A stretch of 64,000 bases of DNA from Thiotrichaceae bacterium (GCA_016745055.1 JADGDF010000005.1:489-64488); one strand, 5' to 3'. Shown: positions 37,530 through 47,390, counted from the first letter of the stretch. The notes: a model not told the origin generated them from the letters alone. A program made the numbers and translations.

Positions 37530-37885
37530 AAAGATTCTAAATTTGCCTTAAGTAAATCATAATTATAATGAAAACAGGTAATTATCTCTACTATTAGTGC
37601 TGATTTTTAATTCGTAATGAGTGACTACTTACTAAAGTAAGTAGTTTTATATAACAGCTACAGTAGAAAACATGGCCTTTAAGACATTCTATTTGGGATT
37701 GTGGGAAAGTAACTTTAAGCAAATTTTTAGTACAACTAATCCTTTTAGCACATTAACTTACATATTGACACAAATAACTTAATGCAATGTTTTCAAAGTA
37801 GATGGCTGAAAAATAAATCTCCGTTTAGCTGGTGTTAAATGCTCATTAAATTCCTTGGGAAAATTTTGGCTTAACTCAACTATAA

Positions 37886-38728
37886 CTAAGCATCAATATG
37901 CTTAATCATATCGTTCAAGACAGTTGAATTACCAGGTTCCATAAATTTTTTCACACCCTTTTGCTTTAAGTAGACAATGGATTCAAACCATTTAACAGGT
38001 GAATTAATATGACTAGAAAGATTAGGGACTATGCCATCTAACTTGTGAGGTTTGGTAGTTACATTAGCGATTACAGGAATTTTTGGCACTTTAAACTCAA
38101 TTTCACTAAGAAATTGTTTAAATTGGCTTGATGCACCATTCATATATGGGCTGTGAAATGCTCCACTAACCTTTAATATTACATATTTTAAAGCATAATT
38201 ATCGTAAAATATCTCTTCTGCATCTTTTAGAGAGGTAATGGGTCCAGAAATAACTTGTTGAATATGAGTATTATAATTGGCTATAAACAAATCCGTTAAA
38301 TTATTATCCTTAATAATTGTTTCCGTTTCTTCTGAAGATAAGCCTAATACAGCAGCCATGCCATAGCTATCTTCTGATGCCATTAATTCGCCTCTTTTTT
38401 TGACGATTTTTAGCCCCGTTTGAAAATCAAAAACCTCTGCAGCTAACAATGCATTGTATTCACCAAGAGAGTGTCCTGCTAAATAATCAGGAAATTGTCC
38501 TGTTTTATCCATTAATTCATGATAAAACATAGTATTTATGGTATACATTACAGGTTGGCTATACTTTGTATTACTTAATTCTTGTTCTGTGCTATTCATG
38601 CAAAAGTCACGAATAGAGTAGCCAAGTAATTCATCAGCTTCAGCAACCATATCAGGAAACGAGTCAAATACATCGGCACCCATGCCCTTATGTTGAGCAC
38701 CTTGTCCAGGAAAAACAATTGCTTTCAT
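37886..38728 (-). CDS. Malonyl-CoA:ACP transacylase-like acyltransferase (FabD/AT-domain family), stand-alone
   Basis: 280-aa ORF. FPGQGAQHKGMG, active-site GHSLGEY, VSGAFHSPYM. AT-rich, flanked by ~350- and ~500-bp AT-rich non-coding DNA. No other fab/pks genes nearby. Confidence 0.7.
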   Translation of the reverse strand: MKAIVFPGQGAQHKGMGADVFDSFPDMVAEADELLGYSIRDFCMNSTEQELSNTKYSQPVMYTINTMFYHELMDKTGQFPDYLAGHSLGEYNALLAAEVFDFQTGLKIVKKRGELMASEDSYGMAAVLGLSSEETETIIKDNNLTDLFIANYNTHIQQVISGPITSLKDAEEIFYDNYALKYVILKVSGAFHSPYMNGASSQFKQFLSEIEFKVPKIPVIANVTTKPHKLDGIVPNLSSHINSPVKWFESIVYLKQKGVKKFMEPGNSTVLNDMIKHIDA

Positions 38729-39237
38729 AACTTTCTGCTTATATCCTTCTATATCAAGTGACTATTTATTTTTACTATGATGTGACAAAACCACAAATTA
38801 TAAATCAATATATTATATATTGAAAGCTTGATTTATTCTCCTGATAGTATATTGCTACTGAATTTTTTCTTGTTTCCTCCAAATATTTCATTGCTATTAA
38901 GCTTAATATCTAAAAATAAATTTATGGCCTAAGCATCTAAAAATAAAGTTGAAACTTTAAAATTTATTATTATTTTTAATAAAATATAACCTTTTACAAT
39001 GCAAATTTTCACTGTACATTGAACACGCCATAATTACATATCGTGACTGTTATAACATGAACACAAGTATTTAATTCAACCTTAAATTCTAGTAGATTTA
39101 AATTTCAGCGTTTCCTAAAATAAGGAAGAAAAATTCCATACGTAAATCTGAAGTATAGCTAACCTCTACTGACACCTGACGACAACATAGTTAGGACGAA
39201 ATGAAACAAAAAGTTCAATTGTATTTTTCTTTGCGAC

Positions 39238-41280
39238 TTAGTGTAAACCTTCCCGTTTTTGATTAAACATTAATAACCAATGTTTTACTTTTTTCTGAAA
39301 CCATTGCCATTCTTGCTCATTCAACTTATAGTCAGAAAAACGAACTTTTTCATGAAAAACAAGCAGTTCTCTTAAATTTTGTTCAAGCAATGGCGATAAA
39401 TTCATTTTTTGTATCCACTGATTGATAGTTTCCCCTGGTAAACGTGTATAACCTACTTTTTCCAGTTGTGTAACAATATGGTAAAAAGGTGAATTGACAG
39501 GTAAAGTTGCTTGCAATTTTCGATTGGCAAAGTGCTGCGGTAAATGAGCTACCCTTTCTTTCAAATATAAACGCCAAGTTAATAATATAATCAGGGGCAA
39601 TACCAGCCACAATAGCCAGCGATTATTACTTTGTTGTAACTGCCACTGTTGAAACGCATATATCAACCACGATCCTAAATTATAAATAGATTGCCACCAC
39701 GGTGCTTGATTTGCTTCCAACTTTATCCATCGGCTAGGCGTGGTATCAACATTTTGCCATCGCCCATCAATATAGGCTAATGTCCAAGCGTGAGCATGTC
39801 TTTTTCGTACTAAATACACGTCTTCCAAAGGACTGAATTCGGCAGCAGCATAACCGACAGCATAACGGGCTGGAATCCCTATTTCACGTAATAGCAACAC
39901 GGTGGCTGTTGCAAAATATTCACAATGCCCTTGACGCTGATGTAGCAAAAAATTTTCCAAAGGTAAAAGCTGCTTATCACTAAGCGTTGGTAATTCAAGC
40001 GAATAGTAAAATTGTTGTTCAAAAAAGTTTGTTAATTGAGTAATCGTTTCTTGAGGTGTTGCTTGCGATAAATTTAGCTGCTGACTAATTTGTTGCAATA
40101 CTGCTTTTAAACGCGGTTCATGCGCCAATGATACGTCCTGCTCCATTGGGGGGGAATCAAGCAAATTAGACTGATTAAAATTAACCTGATAATTTAACCA
40201 CGGGGTACCGTGCTCAATTTTCACAGCCCCGTAGGGATTTGCTTCTAGCTTAACTGCTTGTAAATTTTGAACTTTATTTGCGCCCAATGGTAAAGCCAAC
40301 ATACCTCGTCCTTGTGGCAAATAGCCAGAAATATGTGCAGTTTTAGAGTCTGCTAATGGTGTTTTGGAAGAAAACAGCCAGATTGAGTGAGCAGTAGGTG
40401 TTAAGGGGGAAAATTTTGCTGATTTGGCATACCAAGTTTGCTTAAAATAAGCATTATAGCTGGCTTCTCTGAGTAATAATGGTTTTGCTGTTTTTACTCG
40501 TAAAACAATGCGTTCTGACTGTTTCAAACGACTAATATTGCCTAAAGCCGTATGTTGTTGGTAAGGATCTCTTGGTTGCCAAAGTAAATTTTCAAACCAG
40601 GAAGCAAGCATATCCCCCGCGTAACCATGTAATTGATAAATTGTCTGTTGTAACCAATAGCTTCCCCCAGCAACAAATAATAACAAGCTTATCCACACGC
40701 CAAAGGTATAACGCTGAGGTCGAATTTGCCATAGCATCCAACCTATTAATATTATTGCCCCCATAAAAAACCATTTTTGTTGGGTTACGCTGGCAGCCAC
40801 AAGGCAAATCAGTAAGTAAGGATAGCGAATATCAATATTTTTTTTAAAAGGAAAGTGAGCTTGATCGGTGTGACGCCGTAAAGAAATAAACAAGCTAGTG
40901 AGCGGAATTGAATGATGCAGATTATAGGTTTGAATCAATAATAAGGGGAAAAATAACAGAGGTAACCAACTTAATAGGGTAAATAATCCCAGCACAGATT
41001 GTTGGTTAAATAAATAAAACGCTGAGCCAACCCAACCAACAGCACTAATATCAGCAACACGATGAATTTCTTGGTCAGATAAATCCCATCGCCAGGTTAT
41101 CCAAGGTGCAATTTCCAGTAAAATTGCAATGGATATAGCAAAGTACAAAAAATCGACCTGCCATCCCCAAAATAATAGAATACTGCCTGTTAGAAAAGCA
41201 GGAGGAGCATTTTCAGATTTCAAAGTTTCATTTGTCATGGTTTTTAAGCTTAAGTTGAATAAAGACTTACACTGGTTCAA
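39238..41280 (-). CDS. Transglutaminase-like membrane protein (TgpA-like: polytopic N-terminus + transglutaminase core)
   Basis: Several N-terminal TM helices, then QRQGHCEYFATATVLLLREIGIPARYAVGY (catalytic Cys) and HAWTLAYIDGRWQNVDTTP (His/Asp). The track start is a TTG. An ATG at 41238 is an alternative. Confidence 0.75.
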   Translation of the reverse strand: MNQCKSLFNLSLKTMTNETLKSENAPPAFLTGSILLFWGWQVDFLYFAISIAILLEIAPWITWRWDLSDQEIHRVADISAVGWVGSAFYLFNQQSVLGLFTLLSWLPLLFFPLLLIQTYNLHHSIPLTSLFISLRRHTDQAHFPFKKNIDIRYPYLLICLVAASVTQQKWFFMGAIILIGWMLWQIRPQRYTFGVWISLLLFVAGGSYWLQQTIYQLHGYAGDMLASWFENLLWQPRDPYQQHTALGNISRLKQSERIVLRVKTAKPLLLREASYNAYFKQTWYAKSAKFSPLTPTAHSIWLFSSKTPLADSKTAHISGYLPQGRGMLALPLGANKVQNLQAVKLEANPYGAVKIEHGTPWLNYQVNFNQSNLLDSPPMEQDVSLAHEPRLKAVLQQISQQLNLSQATPQETITQLTNFFEQQFYYSLELPTLSDKQLLPLENFLLHQRQGHCEYFATATVLLLREIGIPARYAVGYAAAEFSPLEDVYLVRKRHAHAWTLAYIDGRWQNVDTTPSRWIKLEANQAPWWQSIYNLGSWLIYAFQQWQLQQSNNRWLLWLVLPLIILLTWRLYLKERVAHLPQHFANRKLQATLPVNSPFYHIVTQLEKVGYTRLPGETINQWIQKMNLSPLLEQNLRELLVFHEKVRFSDYKLNEQEWQWFQKKVKHWLLMFNQKREGLH

Positions 41281-41498
41281 CCTGTTGATAACAAATACGT
41301 AGCATTGAATGTGAATTTATCTTTGCATTATAGTCAGTTATCTTTTTCTTCACCACATGCAGCATTCATCAATCAAGATTCGTTGCTTTGAATTGTATCC
41401 AAATTTCAGGTTAAAATATTATTTTTAAGCAGGTTGCAGTATAATTGGGTAAGTTATCAATACGTATTTTTATTACAACAAACTTTGGGAGACATTGC

Positions 41499-42686
41499 AT
41501 GATCAAACCACATGGGTCAGATGAGTTAAACCCTCTTTATATCTACGATCAAAAGCAACATGCTGAATTAATGGTTGAGGCAGAGGGTTTACCTTCAATT
41601 CTCATTAGTTCAGCCGCAGCAGGCAATGCAGTGATGTTAGGCGGTGGTTACTTTAATCCGCTCACAGGCTACATGAATGTCGCAGATGCAATGAGTGTGG
41701 CTGAAAAAATGCACACCACCAGTGGTTTATTTTGGCCTACCCCAGTAGTTAACTTGGTAGCAGACGTCTCCGCAATTCAAGGGGCTAAACGTATTGCCCT
41801 GCGTGATCCTAATGTAGAAGGTAATCCTGTTTTAGCCATTCAAGATGTTGAGGCAATTGAAGAATTTACTGATGCTCAACTCAACACTATTTCAGAAAAA
41901 GTCTACGGCACAACCGATAAAGAACATGTTGGCGTAAGTGAATTTACTTCTGCGGGTAAGTATGTAATTTCAGGCCCAATTCAAGTACTTAACTTTAGTT
42001 ACTTTACGGTTGAATTCCCTGATACCTTCAGGACTGCTGTTGAAATTCGTAATGAAATCAAGGAACATGGTTGGAATACTGTCGTTGCTTTCCAAACCCG
42101 TAATCCTATGCACCGCGCACATGAAGAACTATGCAAAATGGCCAGAGATGCCGTTAATGCAGATGGTGTTCTCATCCACATGTTGTTAGGTAAATTAAAA
42201 CCAGGAGATATTCCTGCCCCCGTACGTGATGCTTCGATCCGCAAAATGGTTGAATTGTATTTCCCACCGAATACTGTAATGGTGACAGGTTACGGTTTTG
42301 ATATGCTATATGCAGGCCCGCGTGAAGCAGTATTACACGCAGTTTTTCGTCAAAACACAGGGTGTACTCACTTCATCATCGGTCGTGACCACGCGGGTGT
42401 TGGTGATTATTATGGTGCATTTGAAGCCCAAGAAATCTTTGATACACATGTACCTAAAGATGCTTTAGAGATTGAAATTTTCCGGGCTGATCACACTGCT
42501 TACTCCAAAAAATTGAATAAAGTTGTGATGATGAGAGATGTACCCGATCACACCAAAGAAGATTTTATCTTACTTTCTGGCACCAAAGTACGCGAAATGT
42601 TATCTGAAGGCAAAGCGCCACCTCCTGAGTTTTCACGTCCTGAAGTCGCTAAAATTCTAATGGAATACTATCAAAGTAAAGCTTAA
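41499..42686 (+). CDS. sat: Sulfate adenylyltransferase (ATP sulfurylase, Sat type)
   Basis: MIKPHGS..., QTRNPMHRAHEEL, HFIIGRDHAGVG. The ATG at 41499 is preceded by GGGAGA. The track start at 41445 adds 18 non-conserved residues. Confidence 0.9.
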   Translation: MIKPHGSDELNPLYIYDQKQHAELMVEAEGLPSILISSAAAGNAVMLGGGYFNPLTGYMNVADAMSVAEKMHTTSGLFWPTPVVNLVADVSAIQGAKRIALRDPNVEGNPVLAIQDVEAIEEFTDAQLNTISEKVYGTTDKEHVGVSEFTSAGKYVISGPIQVLNFSYFTVEFPDTFRTAVEIRNEIKEHGWNTVVAFQTRNPMHRAHEELCKMARDAVNADGVLIHMLLGKLKPGDIPAPVRDASIRKMVELYFPPNTVMVTGYGFDMLYAGPREAVLHAVFRQNTGCTHFIIGRDHAGVGDYYGAFEAQEIFDTHVPKDALEIEIFRADHTAYSKKLNKVVMMRDVPDHTKEDFILLSGTKVREMLSEGKAPPPEFSRPEVAKILMEYYQSKA

Positions 42687-42746
42687 TTGTAGGATTATGC
42701 TGAGTTACATCTTGTGAACTTGGTGACTTTTATCTTTGTCTAAAAT

Positions 42747-42784
42747 TCCCCTTTTTTCTGTTTAGAATTTAGGGGATTTTTTTC
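42747..42784 (+). terminator. Intrinsic terminator downstream of sat
   Basis: tcccct(42747-42752)...agggga(42771-42776), followed by TTTTTTT. Confidence 0.55.
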
Positions 42785-42866
42785 TTAAATGAAGACTTAC
42801 AACAAACAATTTTTTTAAGCTTAGGAGTGTAGGTTAAAAATTGCTACCAAAGTACCCCAGACTTTC

Positions 42867-43721
42867 TTACTTTTTATCATCCCCAGAATTTTGATGGCCT
42901 AAAGCTTTTTCAAATTCATCTAAGGAAGATTTTTCTGAACTTGTATTTGCGCTATTATTTTGCTCTTCTTCTCTTTCTCTAGCTGCTTTTTTCTCAACGA
43001 CCATTTTGGAGAATAATAAACCGATTTCAAATAATATCCAAATTGGGATAGCAAGAAATGTTTGGGAAATGGCATCAGGAGGCGTCATTAACATACCAAC
43101 AACAAACGCTCCAACAATTATGTAAGGTCGTTTTTCTGCTAATGATTCAGGCGTAGTCATTTCCATGGCAACCAAGATGACAGTAACAACAGGCACTTGA
43201 AAAGCAATGCCAAATGCAAAAAACATTTTCAGCACAAAATCTAAATAGCGGCTAATGTCTGTCATCATGGAGACACCTTCAGGCGTCATAACCACCATGA
43301 AATTGAAAACAAGGGGAAAAACAATATAGTACGCAAACATCATTCCTAGATAAAATAACAAGGTACTGGAAAAAAGGAGAGGTAAAATAAGCTTTTTTTC
43401 GTGTTGATACAAAGCGGGTGCTACAAATCCCCAAAGATGATAAAAAGAGTAGGGAATGGTTAAAAAAGCAGCTAAAATTAAAGTTAACTTAAAAGGTGTA
43501 AAAAAAGGTGCTATGACATCAATCGCAATCATTTGTGCCCCTTCTGGCAAAAAACGCATTAAAGGTTCCGCCAAAAGATGGAATAAATCACTGGCAAAGG
43601 GGCTTAAAGGAAGGAAAACAATAATAATTGCCAGCACAACTTTCAGTAATCGATCGCGCAATTCCAATAAATGTTTCACAAATGGCATTTCTTTGCCACT
43701 GGGATTGGGTGTTGTTGCCAT
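42867..43721 (-). CDS. tatC: Twin-arginine translocase subunit TatC
   Basis: 284-aa polytopic ORF. MPFVKHLLELRDRLLK N-terminus typical of TatC. Follows tatA-tatB. Confidence 0.9.
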   Translation of the reverse strand: MATTPNPSGKEMPFVKHLLELRDRLLKVVLAIIIVFLPLSPFASDLFHLLAEPLMRFLPEGAQMIAIDVIAPFFTPFKLTLILAAFLTIPYSFYHLWGFVAPALYQHEKKLILPLLFSSTLLFYLGMMFAYYIVFPLVFNFMVVMTPEGVSMMTDISRYLDFVLKMFFAFGIAFQVPVVTVILVAMEMTTPESLAEKRPYIIVGAFVVGMLMTPPDAISQTFLAIPIWILFEIGLLFSKMVVEKKAAREREEEQNNSANTSSEKSSLDEFEKALGHQNSGDDKK

Positions 43722-43726
43722 AAATA

Positions 43727-44086
43727 CTATTTAAAAGAAATTTCTGTCGGTGTGGGTGGTGGAGGTATCGTTTCTTTATCCGCCGTAGTTTCGTTTGGTG
43801 GTAAAGTGGTAGAAGAACGTACTGTTTGGTTGATGTCGCTCACACTGCCTTTGGCTTCTTCTACAAATTGATGGATTTCATCTCGCTCGTTTTTTAACAA
43901 AGATTCTTGCAATTCTTGTAAACGCAATTCTTTGTCAATGTCTTGCTTAACAGAAGACACCATTCGTTGGACACGACCAACCCACATTCCTGCTGTGCGA
44001 GCCATTTTAGGTAATTTTTCAGGTCCGACAACTAGTAAAGCAATGACGCCAATTAAGCAAATTTCCCAAAAACCAATGTCAAACAT
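43727..44086 (-). CDS. tatB: Twin-arginine translocase subunit TatB
   Basis: MFDIGFWEICLIGVIALLVVGPEKLPKMARTAG. Confidence 0.85.
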   Translation of the reverse strand: MFDIGFWEICLIGVIALLVVGPEKLPKMARTAGMWVGRVQRMVSSVKQDIDKELRLQELQESLLKNERDEIHQFVEEAKGSVSDINQTVRSSTTLPPNETTADKETIPPPPTPTEISFK

Positions 44087-44092
44087 AGTTAA

Positions 44093-44353
44093 TTAGGCTT
44101 TATTATTAGAAGTAGTGGTTTTCGCAGTCACTTCACCTTCAATGACTTTGTTTTCATTAGGAATTTTACTTTGTTCCGCTGTTTGAGTAGTCTCTTCTTC
44201 TTCTTTTTTAGCCTCACCTTCATCTTTCATAGATTGACGGAAGTTTTTGATGGAAGCGCCCAAGTCTCCTCCAATATTTTTCAATTTTTTGGTGCCGAAC
44301 AATAAAATAACGATGACCAAAACAATTAACAATTGCCACACACTGATGCCCAT
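44093..44353 (-). CDS. tatA: Twin-arginine translocase subunit TatA
   Basis: [32 protein letters not shown]. Confidence 0.9.
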   Translation of the reverse strand: MGISVWQLLIVLVIVILLFGTKKLKNIGGDLGASIKNFRQSMKDEGEAKKEEEETTQTAEQSKIPNENKVIEGEVTAKTTTSNNKA

Positions 44354-44366
44354 ACTAACTCCTTAA

Positions 44367-44702
44367 TTAATTTTTACGATTTGCTTTTTCTTCAAGACCT
44401 GATAATCCAAAACGACGATCCAATTCATTTAAAACATCTTCAGCAGTTAAACCCTGATTAATCAGTAATACTAGTGAATGAAACCATAAATCAGCCGTTT
44501 CATAAATGAGCTGATGTGAATCTCCACCTTTTGCTGCAATAATGGTTTCTGTGGCCTCTTCCCCAACTTTTTTTAAAATTTTATCTAACCCTTTTGCATA
44601 CAAATTTGCCACATAAGATGTTTCAGGATCGGCATTTTTACGCTGTTCTAAAATCTGAGTTAAGCGGTGTAGTATATCATCACTCACAATTGTTTTAACC
44701 AC
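44367..44702 (-). CDS. hisE: Phosphoribosyl-ATP pyrophosphatase (monofunctional HisE)
   Basis: 111-aa ORF. L..L...I..R......SY...L...[19 protein letters not shown]....L..E.ADL.FH..VLL. The hisE-tatABC order is common in gammaproteobacteria. Confidence 0.9.
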   Translation of the reverse strand: MVKTIVSDDILHRLTQILEQRKNADPETSYVANLYAKGLDKILKKVGEEATETIIAAKGGDSHQLIYETADLWFHSLVLLINQGLTAEDVLNELDRRFGLSGLEEKANRKN

Positions 44703-44953
44703 TTTTATAAAGTTGGGTCTATTTTAACAGTTCATATACAAACTCGCTATGTTCAAAAAAGCAATAAACAATGATATTTTCCCATCTAAAATTAGGAGTT
44801 TTTCCTAATAGTAGACCATATAGGATTTAGTTTAGGCCATTGGTCAATTAGTTGTTGTTTTTTTATACGATATTAGCTAAATTTTAAACATGCATTGAAT
44901 AAATGCTAATATTTTTTAAGCTTATTTCTTACACTTTTAGAGGGTTGTTCAAC

Positions 44954-47314
44954 ATGAAAAAAAGTCTGCTGTCAATGGCTATTAGTTTAGCTTTACTCAG
45001 TAGCAGCGTTATCTCCTCTGGAGAAGCGTTTGCAGCTGATCCTCCCCCACCTCCTAATGGTATGAATCCTCCTGGCGGTATGGAAGGTGGTATGAATCCT
45101 CCTGGTGGTATGGAAGGTGGCATGAATCCTCCTGGTGGTATGGAAGGTGGCATGAATCCTCCTGGCGGTATGGAAGGTGGCATGAATCCTCCTGGCGGTA
45201 TGGAAGGTGGCATGAATCCTCCTGGTGGTATGGAAGGTGGCATGAATCCTCCTGGCGGTATGGAAGGTGGTATGAATCCTCCTGGCGGTATGGAAGGTGG
45301 TATGAATCCTCCTGATGGTATGGAAGGTGGTATGAATCCTCCTGGTGGTATGGAAGGCGGCATGAATCCTCCTGATGGTATGGAAGGCGGCATGAATTCT
45401 CCTGATGGTATGGAAGGCGGCATGAATCCTCCTGATGGCATGGAAGGCGGCATGAATCCTCCTGGTGGCATAGAAGGCGGCATGAATCCTCCTGGTGGCA
45501 TGGAAGGCGGCATGAATCCTCCTGGTGGCATGGAAGGCGGCATGAATCCTCCTGATGGCATGGAAGGCGGCATGAATCCTCCTGATGGCATGGAAGGCGG
45601 CATGAATCCTCCTGATGGCATGGAAGGCGGCATGAATCCTCCTGACGGTATGGAAGGTGGCATGAATCCTCCTAGTGGTATGGAAGGTGGCATGAATCCT
45701 CCTGATGGTATGGAAGGCGGCATGAATCCTCCTAGTGGCATGGAAGGCGAACATGGTGGTCCTAAGCCCAGACCGATGAAACCAGGTAAACGTTTGGAAG
45801 AAGTGGGTATTGATCCGCGTGAAATGAGCGAAAATGATATCAGTAAAATGCCTCCAGAATATGCTGAAAGATTTGATGGTGATGACATTAAGATGATGTC
45901 TCCAGAAGCAGTTAAAGGCTTCAAGGGAGAACACACAAAAAAAATGCCACCTAAAGCCATGCGAGAGTTTGGTCCAGAACATGCACCCCATATGGACAAA
46001 GATGCTATTAAAGGGTTTGGGCAAAATATAGGTGAATTACGTGGTGATTTTCTGCAAAATTTGGATAATGACCAAATTGGTGGATTAGGTGAAATTTCTG
46101 ATGAAGAAGTTAAACAAATGTCAGAAAGAGATAAAGCTAAAATCCTTGCGAATGTTGATCCTGACAAACATCCTGAAATTATTGCTATTTTCGCACCACC
46201 AGGTTGGGAAATTGGCCAAGGTAATAATACAGGTAAACGTCCTCCTTTAACTCCCATGATGTTACCGGGTAAAACAGGCGAAAAAGTGGATGGCTTGAAA
46301 ATGCCTGAAATGCCTGATATGAAAAAAGGGTTTGGTTTAGGCGGTAAACCTGAAGAAGGTTGTAAAGAAGCTTGTGATGCTGAATCAGGTATGAATAAAG
46401 TACTTGGTCCATTTAAAGCTAAACAAAAAGATGATGGTATTTTAGATGTGCAAGGACCTGAAGGCGAACAATTTGGTTTTGTACCCGATCCTGAAAATAT
46501 GCGGCAAGCACCTGATGGTACGCCACCTGGTGTTAACCAAAATGAAGAAGGTCAGTATGTTATTATTACTGAAGATGGCAAAGAAATACCTGTTGATCCC
46601 GCACCAATTGATCCTGAAGGTGTTTTAAATGCAATCAATGACGGCGCTACTGATGAAGGTGGCCGTGTAGAAATGCAAGAACGCGGTTCAATGCGTATGG
46701 AATTGCCTCCTGGGCAAGATAAAAAACGCCGTACTGTGAACTGTGTATTTGATTTTCCTGTCTTTGATGCACCACCAGACATGAAACCTGGTTTGCATAT
46801 TGATGATGGTGAAAATGAAGGCACAATGGTGTATGAAGATGGTAAAGCGCAACGCGTGAAACCCATGATTCAAAAACCAGATACCTTCAAAGACACCGCT
46901 AAGAAATTCCCAGGCGTCAAAGACCCTAAAGTCAGACCCGATGGTAGAATTGAAGTCACTTACCAAGATGAAGGGATGCCAAAACCGTTAATTATTATTT
47001 TAAGACCTGGTTTTGATGTACAACCTCCTCCCGATGATCAAGTGGGTCAACCTTTTGAACCTGGGATTGAACCATCAGAAAATGATGGAGAACTCATCTT
47101 TACAGATGATGAAGGTAATCAACAACCAGTGGTCATTGAAGGCATTGAAGACATTCCACCACCTCCACCTGTAAATGGAAACCCTGGTGAAAATCCTACA
47201 CCACCAGAACCTCCAGCAGGGGAAAATACTTTACCAGACGAAATTCTAGATGAAGGTAATATTGAGGAGCCACCGCCACCACCTCCAGAACCTATTGTAG
47301 ATGATTCTGTTTAA
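44954..47314 (+). CDS. Secreted repeat protein: signal peptide + 23 x MNPP[G/D/S]GMEGG decapeptide repeats + acidic/Pro-rich C-terminal region
   Basis: MKKSLLSMAISLALLSSSVISSGEAFA signal peptide from the ATG at 44954. In-frame 30-bp tandem array. C-terminal PPPPP tracts. The track start at 44903 adds 17 residues before the signal peptide. Confidence 0.75.
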   Translation: MKKSLLSMAISLALLSSSVISSGEAFAADPPPPPNGMNPPGGMEGGMNPPGGMEGGMNPPGGMEGGMNPPGGMEGGMNPPGGMEGGMNPPGGMEGGMNPPGGMEGGMNPPGGMEGGMNPPDGMEGGMNPPGGMEGGMNPPDGMEGGMNSPDGMEGGMNPPDGMEGGMNPPGGIEGGMNPPGGMEGGMNPPGGMEGGMNPPDGMEGGMNPPDGMEGGMNPPDGMEGGMNPPDGMEGGMNPPSGMEGGMNPPDGMEGGMNPPSGMEGEHGGPKPRPMKPGKRLEEVGIDPREMSENDISKMPPEYAERFDGDDIKMMSPEAVKGFKGEHTKKMPPKAMREFGPEHAPHMDKDAIKGFGQNIGELRGDFLQNLDNDQIGGLGEISDEEVKQMSERDKAKILANVDPDKHPEIIAIFAPPGWEIGQGNNTGKRPPLTPMMLPGKTGEKVDGLKMPEMPDMKKGFGLGGKPEEGCKEACDAESGMNKVLGPFKAKQKDDGILDVQGPEGEQFGFVPDPENMRQAPDGTPPGVNQNEEGQYVIITEDGKEIPVDPAPIDPEGVLNAINDGATDEGGRVEMQERGSMRMELPPGQDKKRRTVNCVFDFPVFDAPPDMKPGLHIDDGENEGTMVYEDGKAQRVKPMIQKPDTFKDTAKKFPGVKDPKVRPDGRIEVTYQDEGMPKPLIIILRPGFDVQPPPDDQVGQPFEPGIEPSENDGELIFTDDEGNQQPVVIEGIEDIPPPPPVNGNPGENPTPPEPPAGENTLPDEILDEGNIEEPPPPPPEPIVDDSV
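45062..45751 (+). repeat. Tandem repeat, 30-bp unit x 23, in frame within the CDS
   Basis: Unit atgaatcctcctggYggtatggaaggYggY repeated head-to-tail without spacers. Variants are confined to a few positions (ggc/ggt/gat/gac/agt at codon 5; ggt/ggc wobble; one tct; one ata). Confidence 0.95.
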
Positions 47315-47344
47315 TACTTAAAAGTAACTAAATTTTTGCCAGCA

Positions 47345-47390
47345 AAACCCATTTTCTACATAATAGAAGATGGGTTTTCTATTTCTTCAT
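47345..47390 (+). terminator. Intrinsic terminator downstream of the repeat-protein gene
   Basis: aaacccattttcta(47345-47358)-cataa-tagaagatgggttt(47364-47377), 14-bp stem with 1 mismatch, followed by a T-rich tract. Confidence 0.7.

Noticed and set aside
37623-37646. A 9-bp hairpin (actacttac-taaa-gtaagtagt) between the fabD-like gene and rng as a terminator
   Set aside because: The U-tract follows it only on the + strand, where no gene ends. On the minus strand, where the fabD-like gene ends, no U-tract follows. Function is unclear, so it is not called.
45062-45751. Regular 30-bp periodicity that could be mistaken for a CRISPR array
   Set aside because: The units are contiguous with no spacers, stay in one reading frame and encode a decapeptide repeat. 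No cas genes or leader are present.
44929-46257. Long antisense ORFs (442 aa and 343 aa, the second at 44993-46024) opposite the repeat-protein gene
   Set aside because: They exist only because the 30-bp tandem array is stop-free in several frames. Their translations are the repeat read backwards (PPSIPPGGFM... and HATFHTTRRI...). They have no signal or start context, whereas the + strand frame has a clean signal peptide and a non-repetitive C-terminal domain.
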